Source: Gammaproteobacteria bacterium (GTDB taxonomy: Bacteria; Pseudomonadota; Gammaproteobacteria; Eutrophobiales; Eutrophobiaceae). From it: a stretch of DNA of 64,000 nucleotides. This document shows, piece after piece, positions 34,452 through 44,558 of the stretch (positions are counted from its first letter, which is position 1; the number at the start of each line of letters is the position of its first letter). Both the position numbers and the translations under genes were made by a program. The notes under the pieces are model-generated. The model saw nothing but the letters and a program-made list of their open reading frames with translations. It did not search any database and had not been told where the DNA came from. The stretch lies in NCBI GenBank assembly GCA_965215365.1, contig CBDCDS010000003.1, positions 1,792,001 to 1,856,000 on the forward strand. The letters run 5' to 3'.

Positions 34452-35969
34452 CTACTCGCCCCCCTTACCCTGATCTCTTGTTCTGATCTGGTTTTTCTTA
34501 ACCGTTTTATTTTTGAGCGGTTTTTCCACCATGGTGGCGGCGTCTCCCTTGAGTGCTATCTCGATGGCGGCGAGGGGATTGTAGCCCTTCAGGGTCATAG
34601 ACTGCAAGTAGCTGGAGATGCGGCAGTAGGTGTCGGCGTAGGCGGTGGTTCGGAAGCAGCCGGAGACTTTTTGTTTGACTTTAGCCATACGGATATCGCG
34701 TTCGGCGCGGTTGTTGGTGAACGGCACGTTGGGGTCGCGGGCGAAGCGGAGGACTTCGGTTTCGTACTTGACGAGGGCATCATGGAGGTTTTGTGCCTCA
34801 CATTGGGCAATCCGTCCGCGTTGGCCGGTGAGCCGTTTCGGGGGTGTGGGGAGTTCCCGTTTGGCTTGTGTCAGGATAGTCCGGTAGCGGGTGCGCAGGG
34901 ACTGGTAGTCGGTCTCGCTGAGTGCCTTGTTTTTATGTGTGCGCACCTGTCGGCAGGTCTTGAGCAGGAGGCGGCTCATACGTTGGGCCCAGGCATGGCC
35001 GTGGGCGTCCTCGATAAAGGCCAAGTTACGCAACAGGTGACTGCCGCACAGGGCATGCTCGCAGTTGTCATAGGCGAAGTAGCTGGCCCAGCGGTCGTGC
35101 ACGAGAACACCGCCGTAGCGGGGGACGATGCCGATGTCCTTGAGGGCGTCCCCGCCCCGCTTGCGGTGGCAGTGTTTCAGTACCAGGTTCCCGGCACTGG
35201 TGCTGTGCAGCCAGTGTTGTGTGCGGTCGATGCGCAAGGAGGTCTCATCGGCGTGCAGCACGGGCTCTGTGAGCAGGCGGGCGATAGCCGCCCGCTCCCA
35301 CCCGGCCAGGGCCTCATGCACCCGCGTGAGCCAGGCCAGTAAGGTCGCCTCGGCGACGGCGCGCCCGGTCAGTGCATGAAGTGTCTGCGCCGTACGTTTG
35401 AGCGAGAGCATTTGGGCCGTTAACAGGTGCGTGGCGAAAGCCACGATGCCAGGGCCGTATTGTAAAGGCCCCGGCATGTCATCGGGAAACGCCCCGTGGG
35501 TCTCAGTGCCACAGCGCGGACAGGTTTTTATCTCGGCGTCAATGGTCAACTCGGTCGTCTCGAAGACTATATCGACCTTGACTCGTCGCACATGGCCGGT
35601 GGGGGCGGTGCCTTTGAGATCATGCCCGCAGGCCCGGCAGCCGGTCACGGGCACCGTGCGGGTCTGAGCCACCACGCGCCGGGACGCGCTGGGCACCGTC
35701 CCGGTCTGCGGCCCCTTGCCCTGCTTGCCGGGCCGTGTGCGCGCACTGTCATCGGGGTCGGTGCGGGAACTGGGCAGGCTGGAGTTGTGCGCCCCCTTCG
35801 GTGTGGTCTTCTCTAAGAACACCGCCAGCAGCAACTCGAATAGCAGCAACATCGACTCGAACAGCGCACGCCCTTCGGGACTCAGCGCGCCGTCGGCGCA
35901 CAACGCCTTAAAACGCATTCGGATGGCCTCGAACTCCGCACGCAATGAGGCCTTGTTCACCGTGGCCAT
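34452..35969 (-). CDS. IS66 family transposase (TnpC-like)
   Basis: NSSLPSS, CRACG/CPRCG zinc finger, VLHADET, VHDRWASY, LCGSHLLRNL, PFTNNRAERDIRMAKVKQKVSGCFR. Confidence 0.93.
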   Translation of the reverse strand: MATVNKASLRAEFEAIRMRFKALCADGALSPEGRALFESMLLLFELLLAVFLEKTTPKGAHNSSLPSSRTDPDDSARTRPGKQGKGPQTGTVPSASRRVVAQTRTVPVTGCRACGHDLKGTAPTGHVRRVKVDIVFETTELTIDAEIKTCPRCGTETHGAFPDDMPGPLQYGPGIVAFATHLLTAQMLSLKRTAQTLHALTGRAVAEATLLAWLTRVHEALAGWERAAIARLLTEPVLHADETSLRIDRTQHWLHSTSAGNLVLKHCHRKRGGDALKDIGIVPRYGGVLVHDRWASYFAYDNCEHALCGSHLLRNLAFIEDAHGHAWAQRMSRLLLKTCRQVRTHKNKALSETDYQSLRTRYRTILTQAKRELPTPPKRLTGQRGRIAQCEAQNLHDALVKYETEVLRFARDPNVPFTNNRAERDIRMAKVKQKVSGCFRTTAYADTYCRISSYLQSMTLKGYNPLAAIEIALKGDAATMVEKPLKNKTVKKNQIRTRDQGKGGE

Positions 35970-36637
35970 GTGCACTGTGCCTCCACCGCCATCATCGCCG
36001 CCAGCACCGCCAGCCGCTCGGCCGGGGGCAAGTCACGATAACGCCGCCCCCAGTTCTCAGCCTTGCGCTTGACCTGCTGGCGGTGCGTGAAGTTGCGCCC
36101 CGCATAGCGCACCCAGTGCACCCGGTCCGGCACAAAATTGAACCAGACCCGCTCGGTCACCACCCCGCCCTGATTCATCACCTGCAAGGACACACTGCGC
36201 CAGCCCGCCAGCACCTCATCATACAAGGCCGAAGGATACCCCGACACCATCACCGCACAGGGCAGCCCCTGCAGTAACGCCAGCAGCGCCTCATGGTCTG
36301 AGTCCTCGTAGTCATACCGGTAACGGTGCCGTGACTTGCGCGTGCTGTGCAGGTAGGGCGGGTCGCTGTACACCAACTCCGTGCCGTCAAACGGAAAAGT
36401 CGCCAACCAGCGGTGACAACACCCCTGCACCAACTCCACCGGATACCCACACGTAAACCCCGCCAACGCCCGCACATCAAGATCAATCCCAATGTTGCGC
36501 AACGCCGCCGGCTTGCGCTGCATAATCGCCCCGCCGCCTAAGTGTGTCTCAATGTACACACTGTGCGGCGGCATCATCGCAATGAGCGGCTGGCACAGAC
36601 CCGTCGTGGCTTTCGACCCTCGGTACGCATTCCCCAT
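35957..36637 (-). CDS. Dam-like (D12 class) N6-adenine DNA methyltransferase
   Basis: Y.GSK, YIETHLGGGAI (motif I variant), YSDPPY (motif IV), VMVSGY, TERVWFNF. Confidence 0.85.
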   Translation of the reverse strand: MGNAYRGSKATTGLCQPLIAMMPPHSVYIETHLGGGAIMQRKPAALRNIGIDLDVRALAGFTCGYPVELVQGCCHRWLATFPFDGTELVYSDPPYLHSTRKSRHRYRYDYEDSDHEALLALLQGLPCAVMVSGYPSALYDEVLAGWRSVSLQVMNQGGVVTERVWFNFVPDRVHWVRYAGRNFTHRQQVKRKAENWGRRYRDLPPAERLAVLAAMMAVEAQCTWPR

Positions 36638-36644
36638 GACGACC

Positions 36645-36673
36645 AACATAACGCCATGACGCTATGTTGTCAA
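36645..36673 (-). promoter_or_regulatory. sigma70 promoter of IS-borne MTase/transposase, probably leaderless
   Basis: Minus strand TTGACA (36673-36668), 17 bp, TATGTT (36650-36645), ATG 7 nt later with no SD. Confidence 0.65.
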
Positions 36674-38065
36674 GGACGCCTTGACAAAAAATTCAGTAGA
36701 ATTAGAGGGAGGGGGCGAGTAGTTACCTTTGGCATAATAAAAGCCCAGCAGCCAGTCAGTCGGGCCGCCCGTGTTCGACGCGGCGCGCAACTCCTGTGAC
36801 CAGCCGTCGGTCTCGTGGCGATAAAAATTGTGCGTGAGCAGGTACGGAGAACCGTCTTCCTCACCAGGCAGGTAGCGTTGGAACTTGTTATAGGCGCTGA
36901 TGGAGGTGATAGTGAAATTCTCCAGATCCCACTCCAAACGCAAGGTCGTGCCGATGGTTTCATAATCTGCTTCGGCTTGCAAGTCGAAATCGCCGGCGGT
37001 GGGGTCGCCGCGTTCTTCCACGCCGTCCGGGTCGCGGTAGCCGAAGAAATTGACGCAGTCATCTCGTAAGGTTGCATCACACAGCTCGAAGGTTTCGGCA
37101 AAGGTTACGGGGTCAAACTCGTAAGTGCCCGGCACTGCCACGCCGGCATGCTGATAGCTGTAGGCATCGGAATGATCCTGGGAACCGTTCACCGACCAGA
37201 GTATCTGCACATTGTCCTGCGGCGTCCATTCCAGCAGGCCGCGCCAGGAATAAAAATCTACTGCATTGAAGTTATCGCCGCCAACCGTGCCCGGCAGGTC
37301 CGTCCTGCCCTTCATCCAGCCACCGCCGTGGCTGTAGGTGCCGGCGATGCGCCCGGCCAGGGTGTCGGTGAGGGGGCCGGACACGGCGCCTTCTAACTGT
37401 ACCGCGTCATAGCTGCCGTAACCGGCCTTGGTATAGCCGGAAAACTCCTGCGTGGGCTTGGCGGTGATGTAATTGATGGCGCCGCCGGTGGCGTTGCGGC
37501 CGTGCAAGGTGCCCTGGGGGCCGCGCAATACCTCAATCCGTTCTAGGTCGAAGGTTTGCATGGTGTGCATGAACGTATTGTGCAGATAGACCTCATCCAC
37601 ATAGACACCCACCGTGGTTTGCGTGTTGGCGGCAAAATCGACTGCGCCCGACCCGCGTATGAATGATTTGGCCTGCTGGTTGCCGGAGGGCGGTGCGATC
37701 ACCACGCCGGGCACGTATTGTCCCAAGTCGTTACTGCTGGTTAGCCCGACATCGCGCAGCACCTCCCTGGAAAATGCCGATACTGACAAGCTCACGTCCT
37801 GCAGGCTTTCTTCTCGTTTGCGCGCGATCACAATCACTTCTTCGAGCAGATCGGCCGCTACCGGTGCCGGTGCCAGCAACGCGGCTACGAGCAGTAACAA
37901 AATGGTGCTGGAATGCATAGTACGAAATTTGAAGTTGGGCATGGGGCCTCCTCTACTAATAGTTGCGCTACCGGAGTAACGCTGCCGGATGTTCCCATGA
38001 TCGACGAAAACGAACAATGAGTAAATCTATCCAGGTAACCAACCTGTATCTTAAATTCACTTTTC

Positions 38066-38164
38066 GTAACTACTCGCTCCCCGTTTGTCATTCCCGCTCC
38101 CCTCATCTTCACTCATTGCGTCCCCCCCTGGAAGCAATGAGTGAAGATGAGGGGGAGTAGTTAC
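38066..38164. mobile_element. 99-bp MITE with IS66-type ends
   Basis: GTAACTACTC...GAGTAGTTAC ends shared with the IS at 34448; flanks CACTTTTC / CACCTTTC (7/8 match); long internal hairpin. Confidence 0.85.
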
Positions 38165-38186
38165 CACCTTTCTTCTACGGCGGCCG

Positions 38187-39176
38187 CTAACAGGTTCCAT
38201 ACCTCAAGCCCAGTTCCTTTAACCAGTGCCGGTAGGCATTGGACGATTTGTCGGCCGGTTGATGCAGTTCGGCGGTGGGGTTCAGAGGCAGGCATTGGGG
38301 GCGTTGGGATTCCAGCACCGCCTGGTCCTGCAGGAAGATGGTGTCCTGAAAATCCCGGAAACAGGCCTCCGGTTCATCGTGGCCGTAGTTCATGGCCAGC
38401 ACGAACCAGGCACGGATGCGGGTTTCTGCCAGCGGTTGAATAGACAGCAGAATCAGGTCGGACGGCTGCTCGCCGACTGCGCCGGGTTCCTTGGTCAGCA
38501 TCACGGTCAACGGCCGCAGCACCCGGTAGGAATAAGCCACCTTGACGCCGCTGGCGCTGCTGGCGTTGGCGCGGGGTTGCCAGGCGCTGACATTGGTGAC
38601 CCGAATCTCGTTGTCCACCAGCGCCACGTCGTAGTCATCCATTTCCGTGTAAGGTTCCTCGCCCAGGTAGCCGCTATGGACAAAGGGAAAATGAGACAGA
38701 TCAAGGAAGTTTTCCACCGCGCGCGGGCCACTGGTGGCCACGTCATAAGGGCCGGTAATCACCAGGTGGTAATCCTCGTCCACACCGTGAAACTCAGGCA
38801 CCTCAGCGACGGGGTTGCCAAGACAGACCCAGACCAGACCGTATTTTTCCCGTATCCGCAAGGTGGTTGCCCGGGCCCGCCCGGAAACGGGTTGTTGCGG
38901 GTGCGCCGGCATCAGGGTGCATTGCCCGGTGCTATTGAAATGCCAGCCGTGATAGGGACAAACCAGGGTGTCGCCGCCCCTGATCTCGCCCAGTGACAGC
39001 TTGCTGCCGCGATGCGGGCAACGGTCCAGCCAGGCGTGCAGCTGGCCGTTACTGCGCCACAGCAGCAGGTCGCGCTCTAGCAGCTGTGTGGCGATCTTGC
39101 CACCTTCGGGTATCTCATTGACCTTGGCTGCTACGTGCCAGTCGTTCAGCATGATGGGGTCATCGGTCATTGTCAT
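38187..39176 (-). CDS. Rieske non-heme iron oxygenase alpha subunit (SxtT/GxtA-like)
   Basis: CPHRG...CPYHGW; ENFLDLSHFPFVH; C-terminus AYRHWLKELGLRYGTC. Confidence 0.92.
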   Translation of the reverse strand: MTMTDDPIMLNDWHVAAKVNEIPEGGKIATQLLERDLLLWRSNGQLHAWLDRCPHRGSKLSLGEIRGGDTLVCPYHGWHFNSTGQCTLMPAHPQQPVSGRARATTLRIREKYGLVWVCLGNPVAEVPEFHGVDEDYHLVITGPYDVATSGPRAVENFLDLSHFPFVHSGYLGEEPYTEMDDYDVALVDNEIRVTNVSAWQPRANASSASGVKVAYSYRVLRPLTVMLTKEPGAVGEQPSDLILLSIQPLAETRIRAWFVLAMNYGHDEPEACFRDFQDTIFLQDQAVLESQRPQCLPLNPTAELHQPADKSSNAYRHWLKELGLRYGTC

Positions 39177-40240
39177 TATGTTCCTGTTGCGGGCGCACCT
39201 AGGTTGAATTTCTCCGCCAGCGCCTTGCGGTATGCCAGCGACATACGGTCGGCGGGGATATTGATTTCTTCGCGCAAGTCCAGGGGCAGTTCCTGCGGGT
39301 ATTGCGATTCCACCAGCGGTTGGTCTTCGGCGTTGATGGCGACAGTTTCCTGCACCTGCTCTGCGGGGTTGGGGTTGCCGAAGTTATCGGCAATGATCTG
39401 AAAGATGCCGCTCTCTTGCGCGGAAATCGGACATGCCGTGTCCAGGATCACCTGGATATAATCGGATTCCTGCACCGCCACTTCCAGCAGGGTGGAGAAC
39501 GGAAACGTCAGTTCGTAGCTGTACACGACCTGCCGTTGCTGCAAGTCGTCCCTGCCGTCGGGAAAGCGATTCAGCAGTTCCAGATAAGGGATGTGGAAAC
39601 TCAGGCCGTAATCGGTGTGCTGCACTTGGTAGCGCGGATAAGCCGCGTCCGGACCGCCGCCAAACGTGGCACCGTGCACCCAGGGGAAGTGCGCCACGTC
39701 ATTGAAGTTTTCCACGTGGCGTGCGGCGGCTACCTGCCAGGTGCCCGGCGGCACATAGTTGGGTTGATATACAGGGTCTTCCAGGTGGCGCCAGTAGGGC
39801 AGCGGCCAGACCGGTTCATCCTTGAGACACACCCAGACAATGCCGTAACGCTCCTCGCTGCGGTAGGTGTGCAGGCGCAGCTTATCCGGTATCACCGCCG
39901 TGGGGTCGGCGATGGAGGGTATCTTGCGACAAACCCCGTTGCCGTCATAATGCAGGCCGTGCATGGGACAGATAAGCAGGTCATCCTGCACGCAACCGAG
40001 GCTTATTTTTACGCCCCGGTGCGGGCACTGGTCGCGGGCCACGGTGATGCCGGCGGCGGTGCGGTAGAGCGCCAGGTTCACATCCAGCAACTTTGCCGCG
40101 ACCGGTTTGTCCGTCAGTTCATGGACAAAAGCGACCGGATGCCAGAATGCAGCTAGAATGTGCCAGTCACTTTCCCGGAAGCTGCAACCGGGAGGCAGTT
40201 CGGTATCTGTGACAGTCGATTGATTGGTAGTCCGAAACAT
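39176..40240 (-). CDS. Rieske non-heme iron oxygenase alpha subunit
   Basis: CPHRG...CPMHG; ENFNDVAHFPWVH; paralogue of 22974..24023 (shared DWHILA.FWHP). Confidence 0.92.
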   Translation of the reverse strand: MFRTTNQSTVTDTELPPGCSFRESDWHILAAFWHPVAFVHELTDKPVAAKLLDVNLALYRTAAGITVARDQCPHRGVKISLGCVQDDLLICPMHGLHYDGNGVCRKIPSIADPTAVIPDKLRLHTYRSEERYGIVWVCLKDEPVWPLPYWRHLEDPVYQPNYVPPGTWQVAAARHVENFNDVAHFPWVHGATFGGGPDAAYPRYQVQHTDYGLSFHIPYLELLNRFPDGRDDLQQRQVVYSYELTFPFSTLLEVAVQESDYIQVILDTACPISAQESGIFQIIADNFGNPNPAEQVQETVAINAEDQPLVESQYPQELPLDLREEINIPADRMSLAYRKALAEKFNLGAPATGT

Positions 40241-40356
40241 CAGTGATCAAGGTTATACTGTGTGCACGGTTAATATAGCATACGTGGTTTGGCAGATCGC
40301 TTGTCGCCGATAGATGCGTGGTATACCGACGCGCACTTTATGATGAGGATAACAAC

Positions 40357-41199
40357 GTGAAAATAACAACATTACTCATTGCCCTCCTGATGTCGACCGC
40401 CGTCGGTGCGCAGGAGCGGCTCAAGCTGGCGACTACCACCAGCACCGAAAACTCCGGGCTGCTCAAAATGCTGCACCCGCCATTTGCCGCGCGCTATAAC
40501 GTCAGGGTGGATGTCATTGCCGTAGGCACCGGCAAGGCGCTGCGGCTGGGTGAGAACGGCGATGTGGATGTGTTACTGGTGCATGCGCCGGCCGCCGAGC
40601 AAGCGTTTGTGGCGCAGGGACATGGGCGCGCGCGCCTGCCGGTGATGCACAACGATTTCGTACTGCTGGGGCCGCCGGACGACCCCGCTGGCGTCAAATC
40701 TGCCGGGACTGTTACCGCAGCCATGCAGCGAATCGCCGCCGGCCGCCGCGCTTCCGTCTCAGGTGCCAGGCCAGGTTCCAGGTCAGGCTTCATATCGGGC
40801 TTCATATCAAGGGGCGATGATTCCGGCACCCACAAGAAGGAGTTGGCGTTGTGGCAGGCCGCCGGGCTGGAGCCGGGCGGTGAATGGTACCTGTCGGTGG
40901 GGCAGGGCATGGGCGCAGTAATAAAAATCGCCGATGACAAACAAGCCTACACCCTGTCGGATCGCGGCACCTACCTGGCCTTCCGCGACAAAATCAGCCT
41001 AGAGATCGTCCATGCCGGCGCCGAAGTCCTGTTCAACCCCTACCACGTCATCCTGCTGAACGAAGCAAGACACCCACACATCCGGGCCGACCTGGCGCAA
41101 CGCTACGCCGACTTCATTCGCGGTGCCGAAGGTCAGCAACTCATCGCCGACTTCAAAATAGCTGGCGAGCAGTTATTTTATCCGGCTGTTGCGCAGTAG
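40357..41199 (+). CDS. tupA: Tungstate ABC transporter substrate-binding protein
   Basis: LATTTSTENSGLL, AVGTGKAL, MHNDFV, FISRGDDSGTHKKE, YTLSDRGT; start GTG 40357 after GAGGA. Confidence 0.88.
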   Translation: MKITTLLIALLMSTAVGAQERLKLATTTSTENSGLLKMLHPPFAARYNVRVDVIAVGTGKALRLGENGDVDVLLVHAPAAEQAFVAQGHGRARLPVMHNDFVLLGPPDDPAGVKSAGTVTAAMQRIAAGRRASVSGARPGSRSGFISGFISRGDDSGTHKKELALWQAAGLEPGGEWYLSVGQGMGAVIKIADDKQAYTLSDRGTYLAFRDKISLEIVHAGAEVLFNPYHVILLNEARHPHIRADLAQRYADFIRGAEGQQLIADFKIAGEQLFYPAVAQ

Positions 41200-41419
41200 G
41201 TCGTGCGGGTCCAGGTAATTCTTCCGGTTGATTTCTAGGGCACCTCTGATTAATAGAGGTGACCATATGTAAAAGACCGGGATATGTCATTGTATATTGA
41301 TGATCTGTGAGCGCATACGGGTAACAGTTTGAAAATGCAGGGAAGACACACAACGATGTGGAACAGGTTATCAGGGATGTGAGGAAGCGCTCTTGACAAA
41401 GGTAGTTGAATCCGGGGCG

Positions 41420-42592
41420 CTAAAGCAGGCAGGCTTTCAGTTTTTCAAGGTCATGGTGGCGGCTGGGGATGTCGTTGCGGTCTGCGGCCAGGCGCAGATC
41501 GCGCAGTTTTTCCAGTGCATTGAGTAGCACCGGCAGCGGCGGGCCGCTGGCGGTAATGTTGACCAGTCCTGCCTCAGGCAGGGCCGCCGCTGGTTTTTCG
41601 ATGAACTTCTGTACCAGGTTGTCGTGGTGAGAAGCGGCAGTGGCACCGTGTAGTGCAACCACTTCCAGATAGGCCTTGAGGTTTTTTTGGAACCAGTCAC
41701 GGGTATGGTGCTGCTCTAGGTCCTGCAGGAACTCGTCCATGAAACTTTTGCGTCGCATACAATCCTTTAATAATGCCTGCTCCTCAGGCAGCATGAACAG
41801 GAACTTGTCCACCAGTACCTGTGCGTAGGACGGATTGTCGGCGCTGCACAAGCCCAGCAGCATGTCGATGGCGTTGATGCCGGCAAAGTCGCCGGCATTG
41901 GCGCCGCGATAGACATTGGGGCCGACCCGGTAGGGTTTGTAGTACGGACGCACACAGTTGAAGAAACGGTCGGTATCCAAGGCTTCGAACAGGCGCTCAT
42001 TGAAGCGGATGACATCTTCCAGGGCGGTCTTTGCCAGTTCAAACAAATGTGCAGCCAGGGGATGGGAAATCCCCAGGGGCAGAATGCGTCGCAGCGCGTC
42101 GGCTGCGCGTTGGTAGGCGAATATCCCTAGGATGTTGTAATCCAGGAACAGGAACTCATCTTGCAATGAGGTAAACGAGCGATACACGCCGTCTTTGGCC
42201 GGGTTGAAGGTCGCCATGTGGCTAGTGGCGAAGCGCGGGGTTACGCCCAGGGTGGTCGCTAAGTGCAGGGCCAGCGCCGAGGCCTCTACCAGGGGCGAGG
42301 TCGTCTCCCGTGACGGCTCGGTAATATCGTGCCGGCGGCACGCGGCCATGAAAAAGCCGACGCAACCGAGCAGGTTGTATTGCCGGTCGAACCCCTCGTC
42401 GGTGTTGCCTTCCCTGAGCAGCAGCACAATATGGCTGTTGCCTTCCGCCACCAGATTTTGCTTGATCGACTCCCCCACGCCGGCCACAGCCTGTCGGTTT
42501 TCCTGGGCGAAATACATTTCCTCCAGCTCCGTATTCATCTCCACGAAGGAAGTGCGCAGCCAGTGGTCGAACTGTTCTGTGTTGTTACTCAT
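41420..42592 (-). CDS. PrnB-like (DUF1864) heme protein, tryptophan dioxygenase superfamily
   Basis: [67 protein letters not shown]. Confidence 0.8.
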   Translation of the reverse strand: MSNNTEQFDHWLRTSFVEMNTELEEMYFAQENRQAVAGVGESIKQNLVAEGNSHIVLLLREGNTDEGFDRQYNLLGCVGFFMAACRRHDITEPSRETTSPLVEASALALHLATTLGVTPRFATSHMATFNPAKDGVYRSFTSLQDEFLFLDYNILGIFAYQRAADALRRILPLGISHPLAAHLFELAKTALEDVIRFNERLFEALDTDRFFNCVRPYYKPYRVGPNVYRGANAGDFAGINAIDMLLGLCSADNPSYAQVLVDKFLFMLPEEQALLKDCMRRKSFMDEFLQDLEQHHTRDWFQKNLKAYLEVVALHGATAASHHDNLVQKFIEKPAAALPEAGLVNITASGPPLPVLLNALEKLRDLRLAADRNDIPSRHHDLEKLKACLL

Positions 42593-44318
42593 TTTCAGAC
42601 CGCCGCCAGTAATCGTGTACGGTCTGCTTCATATCCCGGCGCAGCAGCAGGATGCCGAACAGGTTGGGCAGCGCCATCAGGGCCAGGGTGACGGCGGAGA
42701 ACAACCAGACCATGGAAGTATCAACCACTGCGGCGATGAAGAAGGCCGCGCAATAGCACAGACGGTAGGGCAGCACCCAGCGCAGCCCGAACAGGTAGGT
42801 AATGGCGCGATCGCCGTAGTAGGACCAGGCAATGGCCGTAGTGAAGGCAAACAACATCAGCCCCAGGGTGACTGCGTACTGACCGTAATCGCCCAGGAAG
42901 CTACGCTTGAAGGCTTCGACCGTGAGCGGCACGGAATGCAGCAGAGACTTGCCGCGCAAGGACACCGTGCCGGCCTGCTCAGCGGCCAGTTTGCCATCCC
43001 GGATCAGTATGCGGCCGTTGTAGGCGGTGCCGTTGACGTGAAAATAGACCTCCTCGGCAATGGAGCGATTGTGCAGAATGGTGATGTCGCCAGCGCTGAA
43101 GTGCCCGTCTGTTACCTCGAAACTGCCGTTGGCAGGCGCTACCGGCTCGCGCCCCGGCGTCAGCGCGTTGAGATGCCGGAACAGGGCCTGCACCTGCGCC
43201 GGGTCGGCCTCGGTGTAGTGGCCGCTGATGAAGCGGGTGTCGAAAGTCTGAAAGTCATTGTCGAACTTTTCCTTCCAGACCCCGGAGGACAGGATGACCA
43301 GCCCGGTCAGGGTGCAGATGACTAGGGTATCGATAAACGGTTCCAGCAGCGAGACCATGCCTTCGGACACCGGTTCGTCGCCGCGCGCCGAGGCATGAGC
43401 GATAGGTGCCGAACCCTGACCGGCCTCGTTGGAGAACAGGCCGCGGTTGACACCGCGGTTGAACGCGTAGGCGAAGGTGGCGCCGAGAAATCCGCCGCTT
43501 GCGGCAGTGTCGGTGAAGGCGCTGCTGAACACGCTGAGAAATGCCGGGATGACATCCTCAAGATTGGCAAGGATAACCGCCAGCGCGCCGATTAAATAAA
43601 GCAGCCCCATGAGCGGCACAATGGCGGCGGTGACGCGGGCGATACGGCGGATGCCGCCGAGGATGACCAGACCGAGCAGGAACGCAAACAGCGCGCCGGT
43701 GACCCAGGTGGGGATGCCGAAGGAGGTATTCAGGCCGGCTGCCATGTTGTTGCTTTGTGGCATGTTGCCAGAGCCCAGGGTGCTGAAAATTGTCGCCACC
43801 GCAAAGAACACGGCCAGCCACTTCATGTTCAGCGCGCGTTCCATGTAGTACATGGGGCCGCCTGCTATCTCGCCGTTGTCGTCCTTCACACGGTATTTGT
43901 GCGAGAGGGTCACCTCCACGAACTTGGTTGTCATCCCGACAAAGGCCGTAGCCCACATCCAGAACAGCGCGGCCGGTCCGCCCAGATGCAGTGCCAGGGC
44001 CACGCCACCGATGTTGCCGGTGCCGACGGTGCCGGACAGGGCTGTGGACAGAGCCTGGAAGTGGGAGGTATCGCCCTCGGCCTCGCGGCGGGTATAACGC
44101 CCGGCCAACGTCGCCCAGGCGCGCTTGAAGTAGCGTATCTGCGGGAAGCCCAGATACAGGGTAAAAAATACGCCTGTTCCCAGCAGCAGCCACGGAAAAT
44201 ACCAGGCCGCCCCCAGCATGCTGTCAAGCCGGGAGAATAAATCGCTGAATACTTGCATCGTCCCGCCAGTATCCATGAGCGCCGCGCAAACATCAACCTG
44301 TAAAATCCGGTTCGCCAT
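42585..44318 (-). CDS. Alanine/glycine:cation symporter family (AGCS) transporter
   Basis: [56 protein letters not shown]; start may be 44258. Confidence 0.92.
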   Translation of the reverse strand: MANRILQVDVCAALMDTGGTMQVFSDLFSRLDSMLGAAWYFPWLLLGTGVFFTLYLGFPQIRYFKRAWATLAGRYTRREAEGDTSHFQALSTALSGTVGTGNIGGVALALHLGGPAALFWMWATAFVGMTTKFVEVTLSHKYRVKDDNGEIAGGPMYYMERALNMKWLAVFFAVATIFSTLGSGNMPQSNNMAAGLNTSFGIPTWVTGALFAFLLGLVILGGIRRIARVTAAIVPLMGLLYLIGALAVILANLEDVIPAFLSVFSSAFTDTAASGGFLGATFAYAFNRGVNRGLFSNEAGQGSAPIAHASARGDEPVSEGMVSLLEPFIDTLVICTLTGLVILSSGVWKEKFDNDFQTFDTRFISGHYTEADPAQVQALFRHLNALTPGREPVAPANGSFEVTDGHFSAGDITILHNRSIAEEVYFHVNGTAYNGRILIRDGKLAAEQAGTVSLRGKSLLHSVPLTVEAFKRSFLGDYGQYAVTLGLMLFAFTTAIAWSYYGDRAITYLFGLRWVLPYRLCYCAAFFIAAVVDTSMVWLFSAVTLALMALPNLFGILLLRRDMKQTVHDYWRRSENE

Positions 44319-44417
44319 GCAACCTGTGAAAAGTTCGGATAACTCCGTTTATCTTTGCATTATGCGGGGGGACATTGTATGATACCGACCGGTCTTCAAT
44401 CTTCACAGGAGCACAAC

Positions 44418-44555
44418 ATGAACAGATTATTGATTGTCATACTCACAACGCTACTGCTGCCCGCCAGCGCATTCGCACATCACCACGACGAGGACGACAA
44501 ACAGGTTGAAAAAAAACGCCATGCTGTTCACCACTTGGTGAGCTCTGCGGGCTAA
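44418..44555 (+). other. Short signal-peptide ORF, probably a truncated exported protein
   Basis: AGGAG SD, MNRLLIVILTTLLLPASAFA-HHHDEDD, stops after 45 aa just before hflX. Confidence 0.45.
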
Positions 44556-44558
44556 CGG

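Larger units (their letters stand above)
34448..36726 (-). mobile_element. IS66-family element (single transposase ORF) with DNA methyltransferase passenger
   Basis: TIR GTAACTACTCGCCCCC / GGGGGCGAGTAGTTAC; 8-bp TSD CTTTGGCA at 34440-34447 and 36727-36734. Confidence 0.94.
33385..37942 (-). pseudogene. TonB-dependent receptor split by IS66 element
   Basis: N-part (LEEVIVIARKRE, IEVLRGPQGTLHGRN) to 36727; removing the IS and one TSD gives GFYYAK-DKLDSYNEY...VFANAGY in frame to C-terminal VYSW. Confidence 0.92.

Noticed and set aside
41200-41419. Possible antitoxin remnant (...DVEQVIRDVRKRS-stop)
   Set aside because: Too short and degenerate to support
38187-42592. Pyrrolnitrin or saxitoxin biosynthetic cluster
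   Set aside because: No prnA/prnC halogenases and no sxtA/sxtG core genes; Rieske proteins are not evidently PrnD
22978-44555. Integrative element at tRNA-Ser
   Set aside because: No integrase and no distal copy of the tRNA 3' end found; treated only as an accessory island
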